Shown in pieces: positions 1 to 9,799 of a stretch of DNA of 64,000 nucleotides. A model generated the notes under the pieces. The model saw nothing but the letters and a program-made list of their open reading frames with translations. It was not told the origin of the DNA and searched no databases. The stretch is taken from the NCBI GenBank assembly GCA_022827725.1, contig JAJEIJ010000019.1, positions 20,382 to 84,381 on the forward strand, read 5' to 3'. The position numbers were made by a program, and so were the translations under genes. Positions within the stretch are counted from its first letter, which is position 1, and every line of letters starts with the position of its first letter. This DNA comes from Acidimicrobiia bacterium. GTDB lineage: Bacteria; Actinomycetota; Acidimicrobiia; Acidimicrobiales; Bin134.

Positions 1-521
1 CATTGCTGCGCCGCTGGCCGGGGCCACGTGCGCAGTATCACTTCGCCGAGCAATCCCAGCGTGCCCAGCGATCCCACCAGCAAACGGCACAAGTCGAAGC
101 CCGATACGTTCTTCACCGTCGGGCCGCCTGCGGTTACTAGACGACCGTCGTCGGCTACATAGACCACCTCCAGCAGAGCGTCCCGAAGCCGCCCCCGGCC
201 CAGAGCATGCACGTCGTCGCGGCCCACGGCCAGCACACCGCCCACGGTGGCTCCAGGCAATACCGGCAAGTTGGCCCGTTGGCCAGCCTCGGCTAGCGCA
301 GCGTCGAGTTCCTCTACCGGTGTACCGGCGCCCACTCGAATGGTCATGTCGGCGGGATCAAAGCCACGCACTCCAACCGGGGCCCGCACCAAGCGGGTCT
401 CCTCCGGGCACTGGCCCCCAATCTCCCATTGAGTGCGCCCACCGACCACCGCCACCGGGCCATCCGTCCCCACCTCAGCAGCGAACGATTCCAGATCTGC
501 TGGCACCTCTCGGCTGGACAC
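1..521 (-). CDS. FAD-binding oxidase subunit, GlcE-like (N-terminal ~173 codons; rest lies beyond window edge)
   Basis: Absent from ORF track because it runs off the edge. Minus-strand translation from GTG(521): VSSREVPADLESFAAEVGTDGPVAVVGGRTQWEIGG...GATVGGVLAVG...GPTVKNVSGFDLCRLLVGSLGTLGLLGEVILRTWP, typical PCMH-type FAD-binding domain. Start abuts the glcD-like stop at 522. Confidence 0.6.
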   Translation of the reverse strand, partial: MSSREVPADLESFAAEVGTDGPVAVVGGRTQWEIGGQCPEETRLVRAPVGVRGFDPADMTIRVGAGTPVEELDAALAEAGQRANLPVLPGATVGGVLAVGRDDVHALGRGRLRDALLEVVYVADDGRLVTAGGPTVKNVSGFDLCRLLVGSLGTLGLLGEVILRTWPRPAAQQ

Positions 522-1964
522 TTATCCCCAAACCCCTTCAGGGATCTTGTCGAGTGCTTTCACGTCGGCGCAGCTCGCTCCGGTGGGCAGCACCTTGCCG
601 GGGTTGGCCATCTCTTCGGGGTCGAATGCTCGCCTCAACCGCGCTTGGGCATCCAGGTCGGCCTCGCTGAACATCAGTGGCATGAAGTCCCGTTTCTCTA
701 TGCCGATGCCGTGCTCGCCCGACAGCACCCCGCCCACGGCCAGCGATGCCTCAATGATCGCCGATCCGGCGGCATGCACCCGATCCATGATCCCCGGTTC
801 CCGGCCGTCGTATAGCAATAGCGGATGAAGGTTGCCGTCACCGGCATGGAACACGTTCATCACCTGCAAGTCGTGCTCGTCGACGATCTCGTACACCTGG
901 TTCATCACCTCAGCCAGCCGAGTCCGGGGAACCACCGTGTCGTGCAGGTAGTAGTTGGGCTTGATCTGGGCAATGGCCCCGAACGCGCTCTTGCGCCCCT
1001 TCCATATCAATGCGCGCTCGTGGTCGTCGGCGGCCCTGCGCACGCTCCCGCCTCGCTCGACAGCAAGTTCGGCCACGCGGTCAGCTTCGGCCGCTACTCC
1101 GCCGGGAAGGCCGTCCACCTCCACGATCACAACTGCGGCCGCGTCGGTGGGAAACCCGGCCCCAACGAAGTTCTCCACTGCCCAGATGATGTTCTTGTCC
1201 ATCATTTCTATAGCCGCGGGCACGATGCCATCGGCGATCACCGCGCTAACGGTCTGGGCCGCCGCGTCAACCGTGTCGAAGGCCAACAGCAGGGTTTCCA
1301 CCGCAGGAGGGTTGCGGGTAAGCCGTACTGCGATGGCAGTTGTGATCCCAAGCATCCCCTCAGATCCCACATACGCCCCCCGCAGATCCAAGCCGGGGGT
1401 CCAACCGTCGGCATCGCCCAGCATCACGGCCTCGCCCGACATCAGCACCACTTCGGCGGCCAGCACATGGGCGCTGGTCACTCCGAGGGCCAGGCAATGG
1501 GGACCGCCCGCGTTGGTGCCCACATTGCCGCCCAGAGAGCACACCTGTTGGCTGGAGGGGTCGGGTGCAAAATGCAGGCCATGGGGCGCAAGAGCTCGAC
1601 TGAGGTCCAGGTTGATCATGCCTGGCTGCACCCAAGCCACCCGCTGTTCGGCATCCACCGACAGCAAGCGGTTCATCTTGGTGGCAACCACAACCACCGG
1701 TTCTTCCAGAGGAACCGCTCCCCCGGCCAGCCCGGTCCCCGCTCCCCGGGGCACCACCGCACGGCCATGGCGGCGTGCGGCATCTACGCAGCCCTGCACC
1801 TCCTCGGTACTGTTGGGGAAGCACACCGGTCCGGCTCGGCCACCTTCGAAGATCGACGCGTCCCGACCCATGATCGAGCGCTCCAAGGGGGCTACCCTCA
1901 CCCGGTCGGCAGGCAGCACCCGCCGAAGGTCTCGCAGCAAGGGGTCGGCCTTCCGAAACTTCAT
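522..1964 (-). CDS. glcD: FAD-linked oxidase, glycolate oxidase subunit GlcD-like
   Basis: Track ORF 522..2177 trimmed to ATG 1964 (MKFRKADPLLRDL...). Motifs PRGAGTGLAGGAVP (FAD_binding_4) and C-terminal GEHGIGIEKRDFM are typical of the GlcD/D-lactate dehydrogenase family. Confidence 0.8.
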   Translation of the reverse strand: MKFRKADPLLRDLRRVLPADRVRVAPLERSIMGRDASIFEGGRAGPVCFPNSTEEVQGCVDAARRHGRAVVPRGAGTGLAGGAVPLEEPVVVVATKMNRLLSVDAEQRVAWVQPGMINLDLSRALAPHGLHFAPDPSSQQVCSLGGNVGTNAGGPHCLALGVTSAHVLAAEVVLMSGEAVMLGDADGWTPGLDLRGAYVGSEGMLGITTAIAVRLTRNPPAVETLLLAFDTVDAAAQTVSAVIADGIVPAAIEMMDKNIIWAVENFVGAGFPTDAAAVVIVEVDGLPGGVAAEADRVAELAVERGGSVRRAADDHERALIWKGRKSAFGAIAQIKPNYYLHDTVVPRTRLAEVMNQVYEIVDEHDLQVMNVFHAGDGNLHPLLLYDGREPGIMDRVHAAGSAIIEASLAVGGVLSGEHGIGIEKRDFMPLMFSEADLDAQARLRRAFDPEEMANPGKVLPTGASCADVKALDKIPEGVWG

Positions 1965-1998
1965 CCGCCAGTAGAATACCGGCAGTGAGTCACACAGG

Positions 1999-3711
1999 AT
2001 GCAAGCGCTCCAAGGTCTCCTAACGGGACGAATCGCACGGTCAGGGGTGGAGTTGCTCGCCTCGTTCCGACCGCGTCGGGCCTTTCCCGCCGTGATGGTG
2101 CTCTCCATCGTCACCGGGGCTCTCGTCGGGTTGTTGGTAGCTGGCTTTGAACAGCTCACCGTTGAAGTGCTGCTCAAGAGGCTTTTAGAGGGCCCGCTTT
2201 GGTGGCAGGCGGCGGCTCCAGCCGTTGGCTTGTTTGCCGCCGTCGCAATCTTGCGCTATCTCGGGCGGGGCACCTCTCCTTCGACCTCCGACGAGTACGT
2301 GCGGGCATTCCACGAACGCCACCCCCGACTCCCCCTCTCCCAGCTTCCCGCAAAGCTCCTCGCCGGTGTGGCCACCATCGGCCTGGGCGGCTCGATGGGA
2401 CTGGAGGGCCCCTCGGTGTACGCCGGTGCCACCGTCGGCCACAGCACCCAGCGGCTGTTTTCACGATGGCTGCGCCGGGAGGAAGCCAAGATGCTGCTCA
2501 CCGCGGGAGCGGCTGCTGGCATCGCCGCCGTGTTCAAGACCCCGGCAACCGGGGTGATCTTCGCCCTGGAGGCCCCATATCGCGACGACGTGGCCCGCCG
2601 GGCCCTGTTGCCCGCCCTGCTGGCGTCGGCCTCCGGTTATCTGGTGTACGTGGCCATTCTGGGCACTGATCCGGTTATTGATCTGGGTAGCCACAGCGGC
2701 AATCTCAGCATCATCCATCTGGGCGGGGGGGCGCTGCTTGGTCTCGTAGCCGGCCTCGGGGGACGGGGATTCGCCTGGCTGGTACGCCAGGCCAAAGGAC
2801 TCGAACAGCACTACCCGGTAATTGTCAGGATCCTGGTGGGCGGGGCGGTGCTGGCTGGACTGGTGGTGGCGACCGAGGCAGTGTTCGACCAGCCCCTGAG
2901 CCTGGGTCCTGGGGTGGAGGCCACCCAATGGCTGCAAGACGACGATCACACTCTGCTTCTCATCGGAAGCCTGCTTGCCTTTCGGGTGATCGCCACCCTC
3001 ACCACCGTGGGCGCCGGAGGCACCGGCGGGCTGTTCATTCCCCTGGCCGTTCAGGGGGTGATCGTGGGCAGCTTCGTGGGCCAAGCCTTGGGAACGGCCG
3101 ACATCGGGCTGTACCGCACGCTCGGGCTGGCCGCCTTCTTGGGCGCCGGGTACCGGGCGCCCATCACCGCAGTGATGTTCGTGGCCGAGAGCACCGGCGC
3201 ATCAGTGTTCGTAGTTCCCGCGCTCATAGCCGCCGCAGTGTCCCAGCTGGTGGCCGGATCCAGCTCGGTGGCCTCCTATCAGCTGGACAAGCGGGAGGGC
3301 TTGGTGGAACGCCGGCTCGCCTTGCCCCTCACCTCTGCACTCACCACCGACACACTCACAGTGCCCCCCGATGCCACGGTCAGTGAATTGGTGTACATCC
3401 ATCTTCTTGGTCGACGTGAACGAGAAGTGCCGGTAGTCGACGGTGGAACCTATCTCGGGATGTGCGGCTTGGAGCAGATGAGCGACCTAGAACGTGACGT
3501 GTGGAACGACACGCTGGTTGCCGACATCGCTCGGCGCGATCTTCCCACGGCCCGTCCGTCTTGGACATTGCGCGATGCAGTGGCCCAGATGGACGCCAAC
3601 GACACCGACCAATTGCCGGTGACCGACGACGACGACACCTTCATCGGGGTGGTGCGGGCCGACGACATCCTTCGACTCGACGAGATCCTCGATGAGACGG
3701 AGGGAGTATGA
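1999..3711 (+). CDS. ClC-family voltage-gated chloride channel with C-terminal CBS-like region
   Basis: GSMGLEGPSV (GxEGP selectivity motif), GGTGGLFIPL, many TM helices, and a soluble C-terminal ~150 aa resembling tandem CBS. The true start may lie downstream of 1999. Confidence 0.85.
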   Translation: MQALQGLLTGRIARSGVELLASFRPRRAFPAVMVLSIVTGALVGLLVAGFEQLTVEVLLKRLLEGPLWWQAAAPAVGLFAAVAILRYLGRGTSPSTSDEYVRAFHERHPRLPLSQLPAKLLAGVATIGLGGSMGLEGPSVYAGATVGHSTQRLFSRWLRREEAKMLLTAGAAAGIAAVFKTPATGVIFALEAPYRDDVARRALLPALLASASGYLVYVAILGTDPVIDLGSHSGNLSIIHLGGGALLGLVAGLGGRGFAWLVRQAKGLEQHYPVIVRILVGGAVLAGLVVATEAVFDQPLSLGPGVEATQWLQDDDHTLLLIGSLLAFRVIATLTTVGAGGTGGLFIPLAVQGVIVGSFVGQALGTADIGLYRTLGLAAFLGAGYRAPITAVMFVAESTGASVFVVPALIAAAVSQLVAGSSSVASYQLDKREGLVERRLALPLTSALTTDTLTVPPDATVSELVYIHLLGRREREVPVVDGGTYLGMCGLEQMSDLERDVWNDTLVADIARRDLPTARPSWTLRDAVAQMDANDTDQLPVTDDDDTFIGVVRADDILRLDEILDETEGV

Positions 3712-3724
3712 CCCGGGTTTAGCA

Positions 3725-3788
3725 AGACCGGCTCTGTCAGGAAATAGCTCGTCTTGAGAAGACCGGCTCAGTCGGGAAATAGCTCGTC
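3725..3788. repeat. 29-bp imperfect direct repeat x2 (period 35)
   Basis: agaccggctcTgtcAggaaatagctcgtc (3725-3753) versus agaccggctcAgtcGggaaatagctcgtc (3760-3788). The second copy contains the last codons and stop of the 72-aa ORF. Confidence 0.85.
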
Positions 3789-3986
3789 AACGCTGTCAGC
3801 GCTCGGGGTGTCCCGGTATTCGCACCAGGGCTTCGCCCCTACCTTCACCAGTCGGCATTCCTCACCGGGGATGGCTCCACACTCGACGCATGGATCCTCG
3901 TTCTCTTCAAACATGACGTCGAAGTCGTCGCTTGTGTGCTTCAGCGCACGAGCTTCTTCGTAACGACGGTGGCGTCCCTTTTTCAT
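3768..3986 (-). CDS. small acidic Cys-containing hypothetical protein (72 aa)
   Basis: ORF MKKGRHRRYEEARALK...DPCVECGAIPGEECRLVKVGAKPWCEY with four Cys in a zinc-ribbon-like spacing. No family recognised. Confidence 0.45.
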   Translation of the reverse strand: MKKGRHRRYEEARALKHTSDDFDVMFEENEDPCVECGAIPGEECRLVKVGAKPWCEYRDTPSADSVDELFPD

Positions 3987-4135
3987 GGGCGGCTCCGCAA
4001 TATCAAGCCGGCGGCTCTTTAGCTCCGGCAGCAGGGGGAACGCACCCCCTAACCTCTCATAAGGGCCAGTCTAACCACTCGGTTGCCGTATCTTGCACAC
4101 CGCTAATTCCAAGAATGCCTGGCCGCGACATACGA

Positions 4136-4648
4136 CTAAGCGTCGAGAACTTTGTGGCGGGCCTCTTCCGCACTCACCAGGGGCCGATCCGTGGACCACG
4201 GAAAATTGATCCACTGGTCAGTTCGCTTCCACACGTAATCGCACTTCACCAGGGAATGCGACTTCTCATAGAGCACTGCGGAGCGCACATCGCCAACCCG
4301 CTCAACACAGAAGTCGTAGACCATTTTGAGAGTGTGGCCGGTGTCGGCCACGTCGTCGGCAATGAGGATCTTGGAGTTGCGGTGATCCACCAGGTCAACG
4401 GCAGGTGGCAGCATCACTGGAACGGGAAGTCGCTCATCCACCCCGGTGTAGTACTCGCAGTTCATCACGTAGATGTTCTTGATCGACAGGGCATAGCCGA
4501 GCGACCCTGCGCAGAAGAGTCCGCCTCGGGCGATGGCCAAGATCATCTCCGGCCGGTAGCCATCGTCAGCCACCAGCGCGGCCAACTCCCGCACCGCCCG
4601 GCCATAGGAATCCCAGTCGAGCCATTCCCGGTCTGCTGCTTCGCTCAT
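4136..4648 (-). CDS. type I phosphoribosyltransferase (purine PRTase-like)
   Basis: PRPP-binding loop KILIADDVADTGHTLK and upstream LAIARGGL motif; 170 aa. Confidence 0.8.
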   Translation of the reverse strand: MSEAADREWLDWDSYGRAVRELAALVADDGYRPEMILAIARGGLFCAGSLGYALSIKNIYVMNCEYYTGVDERLPVPVMLPPAVDLVDHRNSKILIADDVADTGHTLKMVYDFCVERVGDVRSAVLYEKSHSLVKCDYVWKRTDQWINFPWSTDRPLVSAEEARHKVLDA

Positions 4649-4711
4649 GTGCTTCCTTTCAATGGATCAGCGGAATTCGGTTTCAAAGAGCGCTCCTCAC
4701 TCATGCGTCTC

Positions 4712-5923
4712 CTAAATCGCTCGCCCTGAGCGCTCCTCAAGCGTGAGCTTGCCTTGGCTGTCGAAGGCTACTGCCGCGGTCCCGCTCAACAATCGCTGGA
4801 CTGGTGCCGCGATGATGTCGGCTCGCCACCCCTTGAGAGCCCGACAATCTGGATCGCCCCGCAGCAGAGCCTCGATATCGCTGCGAGTGGCTACGAGGGC
4901 TGGATCGATATCGGCGTCGGCGGCGTGCTGGGCGGCCCACGACGTGATGAGATTGACCGCCGGCTTGAGCGATGGATCCAACTTGGACGGCTTGCTGGCC
5001 GGCTCGACCGCCAATTCAGCGTCTTTGAGCCCGTCAAGGAAGGCCAGCAGCTCCTTGTCGGCGCCCTTGCGTAGGTTGCGAGGCTCGACACCCCGTATCT
5101 CCCGCAACTGGGCGAGCGACTTGGGCATGCGTTGGGCCACAACCGCAACCCCCAGATCCGACAGCACATGGCGAACGGGCTTATTCAAACGGGCGGCGTA
5201 CTCTTCCCGCCATCGGGCCACTGCTTGGGCTATGCCCTTTTGTCGACCCTCCATGCGGCGGACCTCTTTGATCCGGTGCCAGGCGGTTTCGGGAGACCGG
5301 CCTGTGTCGGCCCGCTTCAACAAGAGCGCACACTCTTCCTCAGCCCACTCCAGACGACCTCGGGCATGAAGTTCCTTCTGCAGGATGTCGCTGATCTCCA
5401 GTAGGCGCTCTACATCGGCCGCGGCATAGGCCAGCATGCGATCGGGCAGCGGCCGTTGAAACCAGTCGGACAGACGAGCTTCCTTGGCCAGCTCCACCCC
5501 CAGCAGGCGATCGTGGAGCGCGGCCAGCGAAGGCGAGCTGTAGCCGATGAACCCGGCCCCGATCTGAGTGTCGAAAATCCTCCGGGGCCGCGTCCCGCAC
5601 TCGTAGCAGAGCACCTCCAAGTCCTGCTCCGCGGCATGGAGCACGGCAAGCCCCTCACCGTCCAACAGCTTGGCCAGCGGGTTGATGGGAACGGCCAACG
5701 GATCGATGATGGCCAGCTGATCGCGCCAGGCGATCTGAACCAGTGCGAGTCGGGGGTAATAGGTGCGCTCCCGGTGGAATTCGGTATCCAAGGCATAGGC
5801 ATCTGCGGTCGATGCGTCAGCCACCACTGCGGCCAACTTGCGCCGAGAGGTGACTAGGGCTTCCACCCTGTGCAGGCTAACGGGCTGCGTGGGCTCAGCC
5901 GAGGTCTTCGGGGGTGTCGACAT
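4712..5923 (-). CDS. rnd: ribonuclease D (DEDDy 3'-5' exonuclease + HRDC)
   Basis: Trimmed to ATG 5923 (MSTPPK...). Exonuclease motifs ALDTEFHRERTYYPRLALVQIA, LHAAEQDLE and YAAADVERL, with an HRDC-like C-terminal part. Confidence 0.8.
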   Translation of the reverse strand: MSTPPKTSAEPTQPVSLHRVEALVTSRRKLAAVVADASTADAYALDTEFHRERTYYPRLALVQIAWRDQLAIIDPLAVPINPLAKLLDGEGLAVLHAAEQDLEVLCYECGTRPRRIFDTQIGAGFIGYSSPSLAALHDRLLGVELAKEARLSDWFQRPLPDRMLAYAAADVERLLEISDILQKELHARGRLEWAEEECALLLKRADTGRSPETAWHRIKEVRRMEGRQKGIAQAVARWREEYAARLNKPVRHVLSDLGVAVVAQRMPKSLAQLREIRGVEPRNLRKGADKELLAFLDGLKDAELAVEPASKPSKLDPSLKPAVNLITSWAAQHAADADIDPALVATRSDIEALLRGDPDCRALKGWRADIIAAPVQRLLSGTAAVAFDSQGKLTLEERSGRAI

Positions 5924-6437
5924 CTGCCACTGCCGATGGCGGCGCGGGAACGTCGACAACAGCCAATTCATCGAGCAGCAAGGCAACCGCGCGCTGGCCG
6001 GATTCGAACAGGCGCTCGGCCAGTGCTGCGGCTGCTGTATCGATGGCCAGGGGCAGATAGTGGCGCCGTTGGTCGGTGAATACGGCCGCTGAGGGGGCGG
6101 CAGCCGGAGACTCCCGAACTGCCTGCACCAGCACCGCCACATCCTCAGGGCTGATAGCGGGGAGATCACAGGGCAAGATCATCGTTACTGGATGGTCGGC
6201 CCATGCCAACGCGGTGGCCACTGCCCCAAGAGGACCCTCGCCAGGCCAGCGGTCGGAGATGTGCCGGGCATCGGCTAAGGCCGCAGCATCCTCTAGGCGG
6301 GGATCGTCGCCGCCGACGATGAATCGCTGCGAAGCATGGGCCAATGCCTCCAAAGCGCAATCGATAAGTCTTCTGCCCCCCACCAGGATGAACGCCTTAT
6401 CCGCGCCCATCCGTCGGCTCTGCCCTCCCGCCAGCAC
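5895..6437 (-). CDS. mobA: molybdenum cofactor guanylyltransferase MobA-like
   Basis: C-terminal ~180 codons of track ORF 5895..6923: (V)LAGGQSRRMGADK signature and LPCDLP motif. The upstream part of the track ORF overlaps the flavin reductase gene in another frame. Start (GTG ~6437) is uncertain. Confidence 0.65.
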   Translation of the reverse strand: MLAGGQSRRMGADKAFILVGGRRLIDCALEALAHASQRFIVGGDDPRLEDAAALADARHISDRWPGEGPLGAVATALAWADHPVTMILPCDLPAISPEDVAVLVQAVRESPAAAPSAAVFTDQRRHYLPLAIDTAAAALAERLFESGQRAVALLLDELAVVDVPAPPSAVADVDTPEDLG

Positions 6438-6463
6438 TACACCGGTGAAGTCGGACTCGATTT

Positions 6464-7027
6464 CTAGCCTCCGTAGTTCATGCGGGTGTCTTCCATGCGA
6501 AGAACGGGGGTGTCCTCCTCGTGCTGGAAACCGCAGTCGACCACTTCGCCGATGAAAAGGGTGTGGGCGCCAGTAACCACTGCGTCGCGCACCTCGCAGT
6601 CGAGAAAGGCGGGAGCGCAGTCCAAGATGGGGGCGCCGGTAACCCCGTCGTGAAAGCCGAAGCCGTTGAGGGTCATTGCCGCCAAATCCACATCCACGGG
6701 CTTGGTGAACTTGCGCACGATGGCCCGGTCGTCTCTGGCGATAGTGCAAAGGCTGAACACTCCGCCCTCGGAAATGAGCTCGTGGGTGTAGGCGGGATGC
6801 TCCACGCCAATACCCACCAGCTTGGGCTCGAAGGCCAATTGCGTGGCCCAGTTGAGGGTCATGCCGTTGCGCCGCTCCCCAGCTCGCGACCCCACCACAT
6901 ACAGCCCATAGGGCAAGCTCCACAGCACCCTTCTGCGGAGTCGATCGTAGGCGTCTTGCGCCTCAGGATCGTCCCCTACATGCTCGGGGTATGGGCCGAT
7001 AGGTCCGGTGCCACCTGGTGACGCCAC
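6464..7027 (-). CDS. flavin reductase-like FMN-binding domain protein
   Basis: LPYGLYVVGSRAGERRNGMTLNWATQLAFEPKLVGIGV is typical of the Flavin_Reduct family. GTG start; 187 aa. Confidence 0.8.
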   Translation of the reverse strand: MASPGGTGPIGPYPEHVGDDPEAQDAYDRLRRRVLWSLPYGLYVVGSRAGERRNGMTLNWATQLAFEPKLVGIGVEHPAYTHELISEGGVFSLCTIARDDRAIVRKFTKPVDVDLAAMTLNGFGFHDGVTGAPILDCAPAFLDCEVRDAVVTGAHTLFIGEVVDCGFQHEEDTPVLRMEDTRMNYGG

Positions 7028-7028
7028 G

Positions 7029-7475
7029 TCAAGTCCTCCAGTCGGCTGGAGGCCACGACGGATCGAGTTGGTGCAAGAAGAGAAGGCAGCGCTCCTCCTC
7101 GTCGGTCTCCCCGATTGCCGCCGCGGTGGCCTGCAATCCGGCCAAGGCCCGCAGGAAGCCCCGGTTCACCTCGTGGGCCCAGCGCACATAGCCCGATCCT
7201 CGCCAGCCATTCTGGCGCAACCGGTCCAGTCCCCGGTGATATCCCACCCGGAAGGCGGCATACGCCTCCGCCTGGTCGCGGGCCAGCAATCCCAGTCGGG
7301 CCCAGCCGTCCAGGAAACGGGGAAATCGGGCAACCAATTCGGCCACCGCTTCCCTTCTAAGGGCCTCATCCAAACTCATCGCCTCGGCCAGCCCGAGCAG
7401 TGCTTCGGCCGGCTCCGGATCCAGAACAGTCTCGGGTGGCCCTGAGCGGGTCAGATTCACCGGTGCATCGGTCAT
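7029..7475 (-). CDS. DUF3151-family protein
   Basis: Trimmed to ATG 7475 (MTDAPVNLTRSG...). FPRFLDGWARLG...AYAAFRVGYHRGLDRLRQNGWRGSGYVRW matches my memory of the actinobacterial DUF3151 family. Confidence 0.65.
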   Translation of the reverse strand: MTDAPVNLTRSGPPETVLDPEPAEALLGLAEAMSLDEALRREAVAELVARFPRFLDGWARLGLLARDQAEAYAAFRVGYHRGLDRLRQNGWRGSGYVRWAHEVNRGFLRALAGLQATAAAIGETDEEERCLLFLHQLDPSWPPADWRT

Positions 7476-7494
7476 AAGCGCAATCCTCCTACGG

Positions 7495-8913
7495 TCAGTG
7501 GATGCGCACCAAGCGCAGCACGTCGGTGGCCTCTTCCATGCCAGCCAGAACGGCAACCACATCCCCAGGGACAACATGCCCGGCTTCTTTGGCCAGGCTT
7601 AATGCCTCGGCCACTCGAGCCTCGTAGGTGCCCGGCTCGCAGGCCAGAATGGGAGTAACCCCCCAGCTCAGGGTGAGCTGTTGAACGGTGCGCTCGGAAG
7701 TGCTGAACCCCAATATGGCCGTTTGGGGGCGGAACCGGGCCATCGACCGGACGGTGAACCCAGAGGCCGAGATGCACACAATGGCGGCCAGGTTCAGCTC
7801 GTTGGCCGCGGTGGCGGCCGCCCCGGTCATGGCGTCGGTGACCGAAGTAGGGGCGTCCGCATCGGTCATGCGCAAGCGGCGGATGTTCTCCCCCCAGCGG
7901 ACGTAGTCGAACTCCTCGTCAGCCCGCTCGGCGATTCGGGCCATGGTGGCCACCGTGGCCGCCGGATGGGCCCCAATGGCGGTCTCGGCGGAAAGCATCA
8001 CCGCGCTGGTGCCATCGAACACCGCGTTGGCCACATCCGACACCTCGGCTCTGGTCGGGGTGGATGCCTGGACCATGGAGTCCAGCATCTGGGTGGCGGT
8101 GATCACCGGCAAGCCCCCGGCGATGCAGTCGCGGATGATCCGCTTCTGAAGGTGAGGGGTCTCCTCCAACGGGCATTCAGTTCCGAGGTCGCCGCGGGCC
8201 ACCATGATGCCTGCCGACGCTTCGATGATGTCGTCCAGGTTCTGAACGGCCGCCTGAGTCTCGATCTTGGCGATCACCAGCGGGCCGTCGGGATGGGGTT
8301 CCACCTTCACCCGGCGTATGTCGTCTCCCGATCGCACGAACGAAACAGCCACCATGTCCACTGCTTCACTTACGAACGCGTCCAGGCACTGCAAGTCCTC
8401 TGGCGTCGGCGTGGGCATGCTGAGCCGGTCGGAGGGGATCCGAAAGCCAGGCCGCCCGTGGATCACATCACCGTGAAGGATCACCCCAGTGGCCTTGTCG
8501 GCGGACACGTCGGCCACTTGCAGTCGCACTTGTCCATCGCCTAGCGCTATTTGGTCGCCAACGGCGATGTCGTGGAGGAGGTCCTCATAGTCCACTTCAA
8601 CCACCGAAGCTGAGCTCTGGGTGTCGCCCACCCGAATCTCCACCTCGGTGTCGGCCCGCAACTCCACGCCTTCTTGGCCAAAATTCGCCGTACGCACCTT
8701 GGGACCGGGCAGGTCCACCAACACCCCCACCCGCCGACCCGCCTCCTGGGCCACCTGGCGCACGAGGTGCATCCGCCCAAGGGCCTCGTCCAGCGTTCCA
8801 TGAGCCAGCCCGATGCGAGCCACGTCCATGCCCGCGTCCACCATGGCCCGCAGCATCTCGGGCGATTCCGATGCTGGGCCAATGGTGGCGATGATCTTGG
8901 TTCGGCGGGGCAC
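7495..8913 (-). CDS. pyk: pyruvate kinase
   Basis: MPRRTKIIATIGPAS..., MVARGDLG and other full-length pyruvate kinase motifs; 472 aa. Confidence 0.95.
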   Translation of the reverse strand: MPRRTKIIATIGPASESPEMLRAMVDAGMDVARIGLAHGTLDEALGRMHLVRQVAQEAGRRVGVLVDLPGPKVRTANFGQEGVELRADTEVEIRVGDTQSSASVVEVDYEDLLHDIAVGDQIALGDGQVRLQVADVSADKATGVILHGDVIHGRPGFRIPSDRLSMPTPTPEDLQCLDAFVSEAVDMVAVSFVRSGDDIRRVKVEPHPDGPLVIAKIETQAAVQNLDDIIEASAGIMVARGDLGTECPLEETPHLQKRIIRDCIAGGLPVITATQMLDSMVQASTPTRAEVSDVANAVFDGTSAVMLSAETAIGAHPAATVATMARIAERADEEFDYVRWGENIRRLRMTDADAPTSVTDAMTGAAATAANELNLAAIVCISASGFTVRSMARFRPQTAILGFSTSERTVQQLTLSWGVTPILACEPGTYEARVAEALSLAKEAGHVVPGDVVAVLAGMEEATDVLRLVRIH

Positions 8914-8976
8914 GAGATTTAACGCTACCGCCCACTCGGGCTGAATTCGCGGTCTATAGGAAGCCGGTCTCTTCCC

Positions 8977-9762
8977 TTAGTTCATGCGGGCACGAGCCAG
9001 GGTGGCCAGTCGTTGAAGCTGGTCCTCATCATCGTCCTCGGCAACTTGGGCCAATTGCTCGAACCGTCGGGCGGCCTCGTCGAATCGGCCCCGCTCCATA
9101 TTGATCATGCCGAGTTGTTTCGCCTCACCAGCTGGAACCGACGGACACATCGTCCGCAACTCCAGCACCCACTCCAGGTTGGCGTAGTCCTTGTTCTGGG
9201 CGTAGATCGCTCGAAGGTTCCCCAGCATTCGCTCCATGATCGACGAATGATCCACCGGTGCCAGGTAAGCGGGGTGGAAGCCCTTGTCACCCCCGGTGAT
9301 CTGGTGGAAAAGCTGTTCGCAACCCTGGGCGTCGAGCAGCGCTCCCCCGGCATACACGTCGATGAACACGTCGGTCTCGCTGCGGTCCCGGATCAGGAAG
9401 TGCCCTGGAAGCCCGATGCCGTCAAAGTCATTGCCGGTGAGCTGTCCGATGGCGATTGTGAGCACAGCAAGGCTGATGGGAATGCCGGTGCGCCGATGCA
9501 TGACCTCGTTCAGGAAGGAGTTCCGCGGGTCGTAGTAATCCGCTCGGTTGCCGTGAAATCCCAGTTCGCTGAACAGTGAATGCAGCATTCCGTCTCGACT
9601 GGACCGGTCGCAGCGGTCGACCAGTGCGTGGAGCCGGTCGAGTTCAGCTTGGAAATCCATTCCAGGGCAGCCGTGGGCCGCGATGCACAAAGCACCCTCA
9701 TGGAGCGCGAACTCCTCGCCTAGGAGCAGTTGCCTGAACTTCTCCGCGGGATCCCAAGCCAC
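8977..9762 (-). CDS. SirB1-like transglutaminase-like/TPR protein (UPF0162-type)
   Basis: RRTGIPISLAVLTIAIGQLTG...GLPGHFLIR plus a TPR-like C-terminus. Start trimmed to GTG 9762 to avoid overlapping the divergent gene; uncertain. Confidence 0.55.
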   Translation of the reverse strand: MAWDPAEKFRQLLLGEEFALHEGALCIAAHGCPGMDFQAELDRLHALVDRCDRSSRDGMLHSLFSELGFHGNRADYYDPRNSFLNEVMHRRTGIPISLAVLTIAIGQLTGNDFDGIGLPGHFLIRDRSETDVFIDVYAGGALLDAQGCEQLFHQITGGDKGFHPAYLAPVDHSSIMERMLGNLRAIYAQNKDYANLEWVLELRTMCPSVPAGEAKQLGMINMERGRFDEAARRFEQLAQVAEDDDEDQLQRLATLARARMN

Positions 9763-9799
9763 GAATAGTGAATCTACTCCTACTACTACTCTTTCGCTG

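Noticed and set aside
825-1988. 387-aa plus-strand ORF (and 955..1974) opposite the glcD-like gene
   Set aside because: Antisense to a gene with clear family motifs. The translation is His/Gly/Arg/Pro-rich low complexity, typical of the open antisense frames produced by high GC.
1965-2100. Fluoride riboswitch upstream of the ClC channel
   Set aside because: No crcB-motif core is visible. In addition, the channel has CBS domains and a canonical GxEGP motif rather than the CLC-F type.
5895-6923. Full 342-aa extent of the track ORF containing MobA
   Set aside because: The N-terminal ~160 codons overlap the flavin reductase gene in another frame and are Arg/Gly/His-rich. Only the C-terminal MobA-like part is credible.
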